From the NCBI GenBank assembly GCA_964514585.1, contig CAZETU010000002.1, positions 1-64,000 on the forward strand: a stretch of 64,000 nt of DNA. Direction: 5' to 3'. The DNA is from Candidatus Woesearchaeota archaeon (GTDB lineage: Archaea; Nanobdellota; Nanobdellia; Pacearchaeales; GW2011-AR1). Position numbers and translations under genes: made by a program. The notes beneath the pieces are model-generated. The model was not told the origin of the DNA. It worked only from the letters and a program-made list of their open reading frames with translations, and searched no databases. Below, one piece after another: positions 1 to 8,817 of the stretch (the first letter of the stretch is position 1; every line of letters starts with the position of its first letter).

Positions 1-1019
1 GGTTTTTCTGTTGATGAAAATTCTGATTCAGATAAATGTTTGTCGCTTAGGATTATTGAAAGTGTTTTGAATTTTTCTGCTAAGAATAATGCTTCGGATG
101 TTTTTTCTATTGTTTCTATTGGGTTTCCTGGTGCGATTACGATTCTTGGGAATTCTCCGTGGCCTGCTCTGAGAGCTATATCTAGGTCTGCTTGTGCAGT
201 GTATGTTGGGACGCCGGTTCCTGGTCCAGGTCTTGAAGCTAAGTAAACTGTTAAGGGGATTCCTGAGATTCCTTGGAGTGATAGTGTTTCTCCCATTAGG
301 TCGAATCCTCCGCCGGAAGTTGCTGTCATTGTTTTTGCTCCTGCGAATGATGATCCTATTGCCATGCTTGCTGCAGCTATTTCGTTTTCAGCTTGGAATA
401 CCATTAGGTTGTTTTCAACTTGTTTGTTTGCTATTGCATGCATTGCGTTTGTCGCTGGTGTCATTGGGTATGCAATGTAGAGGTCTATTTCGGAATTTCT
501 AGCTCCTACTACTATTGCTTCGCTGCCTGAGAGTATAGCTATTTTATTGTTTAATTTTTTTAATGAGAATTTTTCTTTTTGCGAGTCGAATCCTTTTTTT
601 GCCGACACTAGAGCTTCTTCATATTTTTTAAATTGAGATTTTATTTCGTTTTCAAGTTCGATTAAGGGTATGCCTAATATTTTTAGAACTGCTCCTGCAA
701 TTGCGATATTGATATTCCGTCCTTCGTTTTCGAATTTTTCGGCGGTCATTATCATCCCATCTTTTTTTAGAGATTGTTTGTGGTTTTTTACTGATCTGTC
801 GTCGAGTGCTGCTAGGATGTCAATAGTTGTATCGTTGCTTTCTGTTGGAGAGTCAGAGATTGATAGGGCGTTGAAGTTGTGTCCTCCTCGAACTAAGGAT
901 TGGTAGTCTCGATAATTAAAAGTAAAATAGCCATATTTTCCTAGAACGTTTGAGACTATGTTTGAGACTTTATTTATTCCTTGCCCAGCTTTTCCTCCAA
1001 TAATAATGTTTAATCTCAT
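1..1019 (-). CDS. korA: 2-oxoacid:ferredoxin oxidoreductase alpha subunit (partial, runs off left edge)
   Basis: Manual translation from ATG at 1019: MRLNIIIGGKAGQGINKVSN...YRDYQSLVRGGHN...YPMTPATN...QAENEIAA...TATSGGGFDLM...SRPGPGTGVPT; classic KorA/PorA motifs. Not in ORF track because it is open at the edge. Confidence 0.9.
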   Translation of the reverse strand, partial: MRLNIIIGGKAGQGINKVSNIVSNVLGKYGYFTFNYRDYQSLVRGGHNFNALSISDSPTESNDTTIDILAALDDRSVKNHKQSLKKDGMIMTAEKFENEGRNINIAIAGAVLKILGIPLIELENEIKSQFKKYEEALVSAKKGFDSQKEKFSLKKLNNKIAILSGSEAIVVGARNSEIDLYIAYPMTPATNAMHAIANKQVENNLMVFQAENEIAAASMAIGSSFAGAKTMTATSGGGFDLMGETLSLQGISGIPLTVYLASRPGPGTGVPTYTAQADLDIALRAGHGEFPRIVIAPGNPIETIEKTSEALFLAEKFKTLSIILSDKHLSESEFSSTEK

Positions 1020-1028
1020 CGCGTAGAT

Positions 1029-2963
1029 TTATTGAGAAGTTGTGGTGATAACTTCTTTAATTTTATTAACCGAATTTGGATTAACTAAGGTCATTAGTCC
1101 TTTTGGTTCTTCGTCAATTAAAAGTGCTTTTAGGATTCTTCTCATGATTTTCCCGGATCTTGTTTTTGGTAGGTCTGAAACAAAGAATATTCTTTTTGGT
1201 CTTGCTGTTGGCCCAATTTTTATGTCGACGTATTTTTTTAGTTTCTTTTCTAGTTTTTCAGAAGGTGAACCTTTTTTTAGTACTACGAATGCTATTGGAA
1301 CTTGTCCTTTGATTTTGTCTGGCATTGGAACTACTGCTACGTCTCCTACTGCTTTGTTGTCATGAATTGCATTTTCTAATTCTGCTGTTGCTAATCGGTG
1401 TCCTGCAACTTTCATTACGTCGTCAGTTCTCCCTGTTATTCTTATTAATCCGTTTTCTAAGTATGCTCCGTCGCTTGTGTCGTACATGTTCCCGAATTTT
1501 TTCCAGTATGTTTCGACGTATTTTTTATGATTGTTATACACCCCGTGAAGCATTCCTGGAGCGAATGGACTTTTTTGAGCTAAAAATCCTTGTCTTCCTT
1601 TTGGCATTGGAATTCCTTTGTCATCTACAATTGTGTGTTCTATTCCTGGGAAACTTTTTCCTGATATTGTTGGTACGAATGGCCCGATTCCTGGCAATGT
1701 GTTAATTAAGGTTCCTCCTGTTTCTGTTTGCCACCATGTATCTATAACTGGGCACCTTCCTCCACCGATTTTATTGAAGTACCACATCCACGATTCTTTG
1801 TCTATTGGTTCTCCAACGGATCCTAGGATTTTTAACGAAGACAAGTCGTATTTTTCAATCCATTTTGGATCTATTTTCATGAACATTCTAATTGCTGTAG
1901 GTGCTGTGTAGAATACGTTTACTTTGTGGTCTTGTATTATTTTCCACCATCTTCCGGGGTTTGGATAGTCTGGTCCGCCTTCGTAGATTAGGGAAGTTGC
2001 TCCGGTTAAAAGAGGTCCGTACATTGCGTATGTGTGACCTGTTATCCATCCAATGTCTGCGGTGCACCACATTACGTCTCCTGGGTGAAGATCGAAATTC
2101 CATTTACATGTTTGATATGCTTGGATTGCATATCCGCCTGTGTCGTGGACAACTCCTTTTGGTTTTCCAGTTGTTCCAGATGTGTATAGTAAAAACATTG
2201 TGTCTTCTGAATTCATCATTTCTGGTTCGCAATAAGAGTTGGCTTTTTCAAGTTCATTGTCGAAGTCTAAGAATTTTTTGCCCCTTATTTTTGTTCCAAT
2301 TCTGTTTACTACAATTATTTTTTGGATGGTTGTTCTTTTGGCTGCTTTTTTCGCTTTTTTCAATAAGTCTTCTGGTTTTCCTCTTCTGAAATATCCGTCA
2401 GCAGTGATTAGTATTTTTGCCTTACCGTCTTGGATTCTTGCTTTTAGTGCGTCTGCGGAAAATGCGCTGAACACAACTGAGTGAATCGCTCCGATTCTTG
2501 TACATGCGAGCATTGCAACGAGGGCTTGTGGGACCATTGGGAGATAGATTGATACGACGTCTCCTTTTTTGATTCCGTTTGCTTTTAGGACATTGGCGAA
2601 TTTACTAACTTTGTCATGTAATTCTCCGTAGCTTATTTTTATTGGTTTTTCATCTTTTGGCTCTGGAACCCATATTAACGCTGTTTTTTCTGGATGATCG
2701 AGATGTCTGTCGACGCAATTTACAGAGAAATTTAATTTTCCTCCTTTGAACCATTGAAAGTATGGAAGTTTTTCTGTATATGTTTGGTCCCATTCTTTAC
2801 TCCACGCGAGTCCCGTTTTTGCTTGTTCTCCCCAAAATTTTACGGGATCTTTATTCGCTTTGTCATAGATTTTTGGGTCTGACATATTTGCGATTTTTTT
2901 CATTTCTTCGCTTGGCCAGAATCCACCATTCTTTTTTACGACATATTTTATTCCTTTCTTCAT
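1029..2963 (-). CDS. acs: AMP-forming acetyl-CoA synthetase (acetate--CoA ligase)
   Basis: YTSGTTGKPKG AMP-binding loop, WWQTETGG, GRTDDVMKVAGHRL, LPKTRSGKIMRR; 644 aa. Confidence 0.95.
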   Translation of the reverse strand: MKKGIKYVVKKNGGFWPSEEMKKIANMSDPKIYDKANKDPVKFWGEQAKTGLAWSKEWDQTYTEKLPYFQWFKGGKLNFSVNCVDRHLDHPEKTALIWVPEPKDEKPIKISYGELHDKVSKFANVLKANGIKKGDVVSIYLPMVPQALVAMLACTRIGAIHSVVFSAFSADALKARIQDGKAKILITADGYFRRGKPEDLLKKAKKAAKRTTIQKIIVVNRIGTKIRGKKFLDFDNELEKANSYCEPEMMNSEDTMFLLYTSGTTGKPKGVVHDTGGYAIQAYQTCKWNFDLHPGDVMWCTADIGWITGHTYAMYGPLLTGATSLIYEGGPDYPNPGRWWKIIQDHKVNVFYTAPTAIRMFMKIDPKWIEKYDLSSLKILGSVGEPIDKESWMWYFNKIGGGRCPVIDTWWQTETGGTLINTLPGIGPFVPTISGKSFPGIEHTIVDDKGIPMPKGRQGFLAQKSPFAPGMLHGVYNNHKKYVETYWKKFGNMYDTSDGAYLENGLIRITGRTDDVMKVAGHRLATAELENAIHDNKAVGDVAVVPMPDKIKGQVPIAFVVLKKGSPSEKLEKKLKKYVDIKIGPTARPKRIFFVSDLPKTRSGKIMRRILKALLIDEEPKGLMTLVNPNSVNKIKEVITTTSQ

Positions 2964-3562
2964 AGTGCTGTTTCCTTGTCAATAAATTTTCTTTTTTCTT
3001 TTGTGCCTTTGTACCAAAGCATTTTAGTGTATCCGGTGTTGTCTATTTGGTTAAAGTCTATTTCAAGTTCTTTTAGTACTTTGGTGATTAAATTGATTCC
3101 TTTTTTTGCTTCTGATTTTTGACACAAATATTCCATTTCCATGAAATAGCCTAGATGTTTGACGTGGTTTATTTCAATTGAAAGTGTTTTGTTTTTTTTG
3201 TATTTGTAGGTTTCATTTCTTTTTATTTTTTTTACCCATTCTTTGAAGCCCAGGTCTTTAAACAATGATATTAAGTCTTGTGCTTCTTCGCGTCCTTCAA
3301 GATTGAATTCGAATTCTTGTTTTACGACGACTTCTTTTGTCCAGAGTTTTGTTATCCATTTTTTGAAACATACTTCGTAGGTATCTTTCATTGCTCTTAT
3401 TCTGAAGGCTTTTTTTGGGTAGCCTTTTTCTTGAATTGCGAAGTAATCGTCGGCCTTTGTCCCTTTTTTTTCGAGGGTTGCGATTTGTTTGATTTTCTTT
3501 CTGAGTGCAGGAATCTGAGAATCATTCAATTTCACCTTTGTTTCAACTTCTAACCAAACCAT
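2960..3562 (-). CDS. cyaB: CYTH-domain protein / class IV adenylate cyclase CyaB family
   Basis: N-terminal EVETKVK (ExExK), LRIR-like FRIRA, HVKHLGYFMEMEY; 4-bp overlap with acs start. Confidence 0.8.
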   Translation of the reverse strand: MVWLEVETKVKLNDSQIPALRKKIKQIATLEKKGTKADDYFAIQEKGYPKKAFRIRAMKDTYEVCFKKWITKLWTKEVVVKQEFEFNLEGREEAQDLISLFKDLGFKEWVKKIKRNETYKYKKNKTLSIEINHVKHLGYFMEMEYLCQKSEAKKGINLITKVLKELEIDFNQIDNTGYTKMLWYKGTKEKRKFIDKETAL

Positions 3563-3634
3563 TTTATCACTCTTTGGTTATCATATATCATAAAGACTTT
3601 ATAAATATTTCTGGACGTTGATTTAAAAAGAGTT

Positions 3635-3946
3635 TTACATTAATCCTTCGCTGTCTATTCCTGCGTCGTCGTTATCTGTGGCTTCTGGTTCTTTTGTTTG
3701 TGTAGAGGTTTGTGTTTGTGTCTGCAAGTCTTTTGGATCAATGGAGTTAATCATCGATTTGAATTCTTCAAATTTTTCTGCAGGAATTCTAAGTCCTTTT
3801 TTTGTTGGGCCGGTGTAGGATTCACTTTGAGTAAACTCTCTAATATCTATTCCGGTCTTTTCGTTATATTCCCTAAGTCCGATAACAATTTCAGTTACGG
3901 TTCCTTGATATTCTCCTTTTTGGATTTTCCCGATATCTTTTTCCAT
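3635..3946 (-). CDS. PC4/YdbC-family ssDNA-binding protein with acidic tail
   Basis: EYNEKTGIDIREF...PTKKGLRIP motif; true start ATG at 3946 with TATA-like CTTATAAA ~25 bp upstream. Confidence 0.8.
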   Translation of the reverse strand: MEKDIGKIQKGEYQGTVTEIVIGLREYNEKTGIDIREFTQSESYTGPTKKGLRIPAEKFEEFKSMINSIDPKDLQTQTQTSTQTKEPEATDNDDAGIDSEGLM

Positions 3947-3994
3947 TGTTGAAATAATTTCGTGTTCTTTATAAGTATTTAGATAACAGTGATG

Positions 3995-4075
3995 ACAAGA
4001 GGGGAGAGAAAAACGAAGCCTATCTCTCCCCGAACATTTGACCGAAGCCAAAGACTTAGCCGAAGCCAAGTGTTA
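3995..4075 (-). ncRNA. Putative ~80-nt structured small RNA (two cUUCGg hairpins plus a third hairpin)
   Basis: On - strand: CTTGGC-TTCG-GCTAAG, TTTGGC-TTCG-GTCAAA closed by AACA/TGTT, then GGGGAGAGA/TCTCTCCCC; BRE-TATA TCGGAAAAACTTATAA at 4109-4094. Confidence 0.5.
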
Positions 4076-4222
4076 TGGTATGGGGTTTGAAAGTTATAAG
4101 TTTTTCCGAGTATTTTTTAGTGACGACAAAAAGCCTTTTTATCGACGGGATTTTTTGTATTAGTGGTTATTTATATTTTGGAGTATATAATTAGTTATAA
4201 GGGATTGTGTCCTAAATTTTTT

Positions 4223-4747
4223 ATGGGAGGGGTTTGGAATGGTTTTGGTTATGATGAGTCTAATCATGGGAAGTTTCCTGAAGTTTGTGTTGTGGTTCCT
4301 TCTATGTATAAGGGTGATGCTGTTGTGAGACAGAGGTTATTTTCTAAACATAGAAATCATGGTAAAATATTGGAGAGAGTTGACGGAAGGACTTATTCTT
4401 TTTTGCTTTTTGGTGAATTAGATAAAGATGATATTGAGAGGGATAAACGCTTGGGCGTTATTCTTGGTAGTTTGGCTCATGGGGAGACTTTTGAGGGTGG
4501 TCTTGATGTTTATATTGATGGAGAATGGCCGGGTATGGCCATAGATTTTGCTTATAATACTCTTGCGAAAGTGAGCAGACTGAGGCGGAGTAGAATTAAT
4601 TTGTATACTGGTGGCGATTTGGATAGGAGGGTTAAGATTGTAAATGTTGCTGATGAACTTGCTCATTGGCTTTTTACTGACTGTGGCTCTTTTTCGAAAT
4701 TAAAAAGAAACCGACATTGCAAGAGGCTTTTAACTAACTTGGTTTGA
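4223..4747 (+). CDS. Hypothetical protein, possible RNase H-fold (DUF3800/RNase HII-like)
   Basis: N-terminal GYDESNHG followed by a beta strand, central YIDG, C-terminal VNVADELA. Confidence 0.45.
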   Translation: MGGVWNGFGYDESNHGKFPEVCVVVPSMYKGDAVVRQRLFSKHRNHGKILERVDGRTYSFLLFGELDKDDIERDKRLGVILGSLAHGETFEGGLDVYIDGEWPGMAIDFAYNTLAKVSRLRRSRINLYTGGDLDRRVKIVNVADELAHWLFTDCGSFSKLKRNRHCKRLLTNLV

Positions 4748-4850
4748 ATGCCCACAGCATACTCGCAATCATGTCTTCGAAATACAATAAATTGTCGAAA
4801 ACCTAATTGCTCGGTCGAACCAATGTTATCCCACATCCTGAAATAGAAAT

Positions 4851-4869
4851 AACCTATCTTCGATAGGTT
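4851..4869 (-). terminator. Perfect hairpin immediately downstream of tRNA-Ser
   Basis: AACCTATC-TTC-GATAGGTT (+ strand), 8-bp stem. Confidence 0.5.
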
Positions 4870-4871
4870 TA

Positions 4872-4953
4872 CGCCCACAGCAGGAGTCGAACCTGCGCGC
4901 CCCGAAGGGCCCGAGTTAGCAACCCGGTGCAATAACCACTATGCGATGTGGGC
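4872..4953 (-). tRNA. tRNA-Ser(GCT)
   Basis: Cloverleaf GCCCACA...CCGGG-TTGCTAA-CTCGG, long variable arm GCCCTTCGGGGC, T-arm GCAGG-TTCGACT-CCTGC, discriminator G; no encoded CCA. Confidence 0.97.
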
Positions 4954-5011
4954 ATGAATATTCTGGGAGATTTGAGATTTTAAAGGTTGTGATTAGAAGA
5001 AGTAACTTAAA

Positions 5012-5671
5012 TTATTCGTATTCAAATATTGCAACTTCCATTGCTTTATCTGCTAATTCATCGCCCATTCTTTCAGCTAATGTGTTGCGGATATCTTCCA
5101 TATTTGCAGTACTTTCTCGTGAACCCTTATTAATATAACCGTCTGCGTAATATTTGTATTTAATCTTTGTAGAATTCGTTTCTTTATTTATAGTAATTCT
5201 TACATACATGCCTGATTCCATTATGGCCATATTTTCTTCAAGCTCTGGAACTGCTCCTGGACACAATGTTTTTACTCTTTCTATAACTGCTTTTGCATAA
5301 TTTATATCTTCTTCATATTTTTGGCCCATACTTTCGACTTCATCTTCTTTATAGCCATATTTTTTGATTATCAGATCGGTTGTATTATGATATTCTTCAG
5401 TTAATACAGTCCTTTTTGCTTCAGAATCTGGATTATCTTTAATTTCGCGTACTGCTTCTGCATATTCAAATCTTGCACATGCTATATCTGCGCCAAGTTC
5501 TATAAACTTTTTTTCATCAGAAAGTCCTGAAAAAATCTTACTAGTAATGGTGTCTTTTTCTGTAGAGTCGATTTCGGATTCTCCAAAAGAAGAAAATATA
5601 ATAGTTCCTATAATTATGATTCCAACAATTATTCCAATTGTCATTTCTGTTGATAACGCTTTTTTTTGCAT
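5012..5671 (-). CDS. Hypothetical membrane-anchored protein with class III-like signal (KKA/LS)
   Basis: MQKKALSTEMTIGIIVGIIIIG; own TATA upstream; orphan between tRNA-Ser and SRP RNA. Confidence 0.65.
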   Translation of the reverse strand: MQKKALSTEMTIGIIVGIIIIGTIIFSSFGESEIDSTEKDTITSKIFSGLSDEKKFIELGADIACARFEYAEAVREIKDNPDSEAKRTVLTEEYHNTTDLIIKKYGYKEDEVESMGQKYEEDINYAKAVIERVKTLCPGAVPELEENMAIMESGMYVRITINKETNSTKIKYKYYADGYINKGSRESTANMEDIRNTLAERMGDELADKAMEVAIFEYE

Positions 5672-5765
5672 AGACCTTATAGTAATCTGTGTTATTTAAA
5701 ATTAATTGAATATGTGAAAATTTGTAGAACAATAACTCTTTTAAAGCTTTCTTGGTGTTGTTTTG

Positions 5766-6028
5766 TGTAGGTCAGGTTGGCACGTTAGCCCCGTGCTGTT
5801 TCGCAAATGGGCTTTATGGCGAGCTGCAAGGCAAGGCGTGAGATGAAGTTTCACATGTTGTTAATTTGACGTTGAGGTTTTGTCCTTTTCGATCTTGCCT
5901 TGATGAAGTGGGTCAGGAGGAGGAATCCTAGCAGCCCTAAGTTAAGGTTTGGGTGCTTAAAGGGTCGCAGGACTGAGGATGATTGATAGCCTCTGTGTTG
6001 TGGATTTGAGCAAATTGCTGGACCTACA
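5766..6028 (+). ncRNA. Signal recognition particle (7S) RNA
   Basis: Terminal helix TGTAGGTC/GACCTACA; Alu helices 3 and 4 with complementary loops AGCCC/GGGCT; helix 8 GGGT-CAGG-AGGA-GGAA-TCCT-AGCA-GCCC (5910-5937); TTTTAAA box upstream. Confidence 0.9.
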
Positions 6029-6063
6029 TTAATATTTATAAACTTGGGGTTCTTTTGAGATTG

Positions 6064-6669
6064 ATGGTGATATCAAATAAGAGAGGGCAATTTTTTCTTT
6101 TGGCAGCTGTGATTATTTCCGTGGTTGCGATTAGTCTTGGTGTGACTTCAAATTTGGCGAGGGTTAGCAAGGATCCGAAGGGTTTCTATGATTTTACTTA
6201 TGAGGTTGAGAGAGAGACGGGGGCAGTTATGGATTATGAGATTTATACTGATTTTTCTGATGGTTCTAATTTGACGGAGTTTATTGAATTGCTGGCTAAG
6301 GATATAAGAGATCGGGATCCATCTTCGAATTTTATATTTATTTATGGAGATAATGTTAGTGGGTTGGTTTTGAAAAATTATGGAGCGACTTCTGCCGATA
6401 TTCATGGTACGACGGTTGTTGGGTCGGGGACTCCTGCTATAAGTGATATTTGTCTTGGAGGGTATTGTCAAAATGTGAGTCAGACGTTTGGAACTTTTCC
6501 GGATGATATTGGTACTAAGAAATTTAGTTCGGCTGAATTGTCTGGGGAAACTAATATTTCAGTGACGATTGAAGAACAAAATTTTGTGTTTCCGATTTCG
6601 GAACATAGACAGGTTATTTTTATAATTCAAAAGGATGTGGAAGATGAGAGCTTTGTCGCCGTTAAATAA
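6064..6669 (+). CDS. Type IV pilin-like protein (class III signal peptide)
   Basis: NKRG/QFFLLAAVIISVVAISL. Confidence 0.75.
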   Translation: MVISNKRGQFFLLAAVIISVVAISLGVTSNLARVSKDPKGFYDFTYEVERETGAVMDYEIYTDFSDGSNLTEFIELLAKDIRDRDPSSNFIFIYGDNVSGLVLKNYGATSADIHGTTVVGSGTPAISDICLGGYCQNVSQTFGTFPDDIGTKKFSSAELSGETNISVTIEEQNFVFPISEHRQVIFIIQKDVEDESFVAVK

Positions 6670-7135
6670 AAAGAAGAAAGGGCTGAGTAACGTTGTTGCT
6701 TATGTTTTGTTAATTGCAATAACGATTAGTATCTCAACTATAGTGTATACTTGGTTAAAGAATTACACGAGCGGTGGAAATGAGGCTGAGTGCCCTGAGG
6801 GGGTTGCTCTTGTTCTTAGTGATTATTCTTGTACTTCAGGTGCGGGGGGGTCCTTAGATATTACTTTGAAAAATAGAGGAAGGTTTATTGTCGATGGATA
6901 TTATTTGAGAGTTCATGACAGTCCTGATGCAGGGTTTGGTTATTATCTGATTGACGAAGATGGGCTGTCTTTTGATATCGGAGAGGAGAATGCAAGGAGC
7001 TATCCATTCCCTATACCTATTATAGGAGGGGGAACTTTAACTGTGGTTCGTTATATAGAAATTCAACCTTTTATCAACGATGGAAGAAAGGTGCTTTGTG
7101 AAGATTATGTTTCAGAGAGTATTTTGTGTTCGTGA
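6644..7135 (+). CDS. Type IV pilin-like protein
   Basis: KKKKG/LSNVVAYVLLIAITIS. Confidence 0.8.
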   Translation: MRALSPLNKKKKGLSNVVAYVLLIAITISISTIVYTWLKNYTSGGNEAECPEGVALVLSDYSCTSGAGGSLDITLKNRGRFIVDGYYLRVHDSPDAGFGYYLIDEDGLSFDIGEENARSYPFPIPIIGGGTLTVVRYIEIQPFINDGRKVLCEDYVSESILCS

Positions 7136-7178
7136 TTTTAAAAGGTAAATTTATAAATTGGGTAAACAAAGTAATAAT

Positions 7179-7655
7179 ATGAAAAGAGGGGTAAATAGTA
7201 AGCGTGGGCTGTCGCCAGTCGTCGCCAGTGTACTTATGATAATGTTAGTTTTGTTTTTGGCGATTATGATTTTTTTGTGGGCGCGTGGTTTTATTAACGA
7301 ACAGATTGAAAAATTTGGTCAGCCTATCGAGGAGCTTTGTTCTCAGATTAATTTTGAGGCGAGTTTGGCCAATGGTTATAATGGCTATGCATTAGAGATT
7401 GTTAATAGGGGCAATATTGATATTTATGATTTTGGAATTAAAATGGTAAGGGAGGGGGACTCTGAATTTACTGAATTTAAATTTGGTGCTGATGCTGGTT
7501 TGTCTATTGTAGAAGATGCTCCCACTTTGAGAATGCCAGATGGAAATGAGCCAGATGAAATTATTGTTTATCCGATGTTACTTGGTAGTCCTGAGGGATC
7601 AACTACAAATAAACCGTTTACTTGTCTTGATGTGGGACAGGTGATACGACTTTAA
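7179..7655 (+). CDS. Type IV pilin-like protein
   Basis: SKRG/LSPVVASVLMIMLVLFLA. Confidence 0.8.
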   Translation: MKRGVNSKRGLSPVVASVLMIMLVLFLAIMIFLWARGFINEQIEKFGQPIEELCSQINFEASLANGYNGYALEIVNRGNIDIYDFGIKMVREGDSEFTEFKFGADAGLSIVEDAPTLRMPDGNEPDEIIVYPMLLGSPEGSTTNKPFTCLDVGQVIRL

Positions 7656-7686
7656 TTTAAGATGAATTTGAAAGGGGGTTTGAATA

Positions 7687-8160
7687 ATGAATAATAAAAA
7701 AGGTATAAGTGCGATTGTTGCTACGGTTTTGATAATTTTGATTACTGTCGCTGCTGTTACAATTATTTGGGCGGCGATTATTCCGATGATCAGTACTCAG
7801 TTATCAAAGGGTACAGTTTGTTTGGATGCAGTGTCTCAGGTTACTTTGAAAGATGGTGGTTACACTTGTTATGATGCAACTGCAGGTACGGTTTCTTTAC
7901 AGATTTCGAGAGGAGCCAAAAATTTTCAATTAGCAGATATCCAAATTTTAGTTTCAGATGGAGGCAGTACTACTTCACATAATGTTACTGATGATTCGGC
8001 TGTGACACCAACAGCGGTTCCGGGCGTTAATGAAGAAAGGGTTTATATTATAACTGGAGTTACAGCTGCTGATGGAGTTCAAATTGCACCTATTGTAGGA
8101 GTTGGAAGCACAGAGGATGCTTGCGATGTTTCTTCTACTAAAGTGTTGAGAGCCTGTTAA
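7687..8160 (+). CDS. Type IV pilin, probable major pilin
   Basis: NKKG/ISAIVATVLIILITVAAV; purine-rich SD-like GAAAGGGG upstream and stem-loop downstream, consistent with high expression. Confidence 0.85.
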   Translation: MNNKKGISAIVATVLIILITVAAVTIIWAAIIPMISTQLSKGTVCLDAVSQVTLKDGGYTCYDATAGTVSLQISRGAKNFQLADIQILVSDGGSTTSHNVTDDSAVTPTAVPGVNEERVYIITGVTAADGVQIAPIVGVGSTEDACDVSSTKVLRAC

Positions 8161-8186
8161 TTTTGTTTTGTTTTTATTTTTAATTT

Positions 8187-8200
8187 GGCCCTTCGGGGCC
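8187..8200 (+). terminator. GC hairpin with cUUCGg loop after the major pilin
   Basis: GGCCC-TTCG-GGGCC next to T-rich tracts. Confidence 0.6.
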
Positions 8201-8249
8201 TTCTAGATTTTTAGAAAAGATATATAAAGATAATTTTTGTATTATCTTT

Positions 8250-8777
8250 ATGAGAAAGGTGGTTCGTAAGAAGGGACAGGTTTGGATTGAGACTGTGATT
8301 TATACTTTGATTGGTTTGACTATTATTGGAATTGTTATGGCTGCGGCTTTGCCAAAGATTAATTCTAAGAAAGATGAGTTAGTGGTTGCCCAGTCTATTG
8401 AAGCTTTGAGAAATATTGATGCCAAGATTCGTGATGCTCAGAAAGTGGCGGGTAATCGACGTATTATTGATTTGGAAATTAAGAGAGGTAAGTTTATTAT
8501 TGATATGGAGAAGGATACGATTTCTTGGATTATGGATTCTAGATTTCAGTACAGTGAGGTGGGCGTTCCTATTTCTTTAGGTTGGTTAAATGTAACGACG
8601 AGAGAAGGGGATCCTTGGGAAATTGAGATTAAAACAGAATATTCGGCGGATCTTAGGTATGAAATAGGCGATATAGGGAACAAGCAGTTGGATATTTCTC
8701 CTACGGCGTATAAGTTTTCTATCGAAAATAGGGAAGATTTTTTCGGGAATTCTATAATTGATTTTATTGTTAGCTAA
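8250..8777 (+). CDS. Type IV pilin-like (minor pilin)
   Basis: RKKG/QVWIETVIYTLIGLTIIG. Confidence 0.75.
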   Translation: MRKVVRKKGQVWIETVIYTLIGLTIIGIVMAAALPKINSKKDELVVAQSIEALRNIDAKIRDAQKVAGNRRIIDLEIKRGKFIIDMEKDTISWIMDSRFQYSEVGVPISLGWLNVTTREGDPWEIEIKTEYSADLRYEIGDIGNKQLDISPTAYKFSIENREDFFGNSIIDFIVS

Positions 8778-8817
8778 AGAGTGAAAGCTTAATAAAGATA
8801 AGTTTCTTGATTTTAAA

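Noticed and set aside
3947-4069. N-terminal extension of the PC4 ORF given in the ORF track
   Set aside because: Reads through a hairpin-rich non-coding region; the TATA box and family length support a start at 3946.
5766-6028. RNase P RNA
   Set aside because: Lacks the P4 consensus pair (GAGGAAAGUCC / ACAGAA..GGCUUA); the helix 8 SRP54-binding motif and Alu domain fit SRP RNA.
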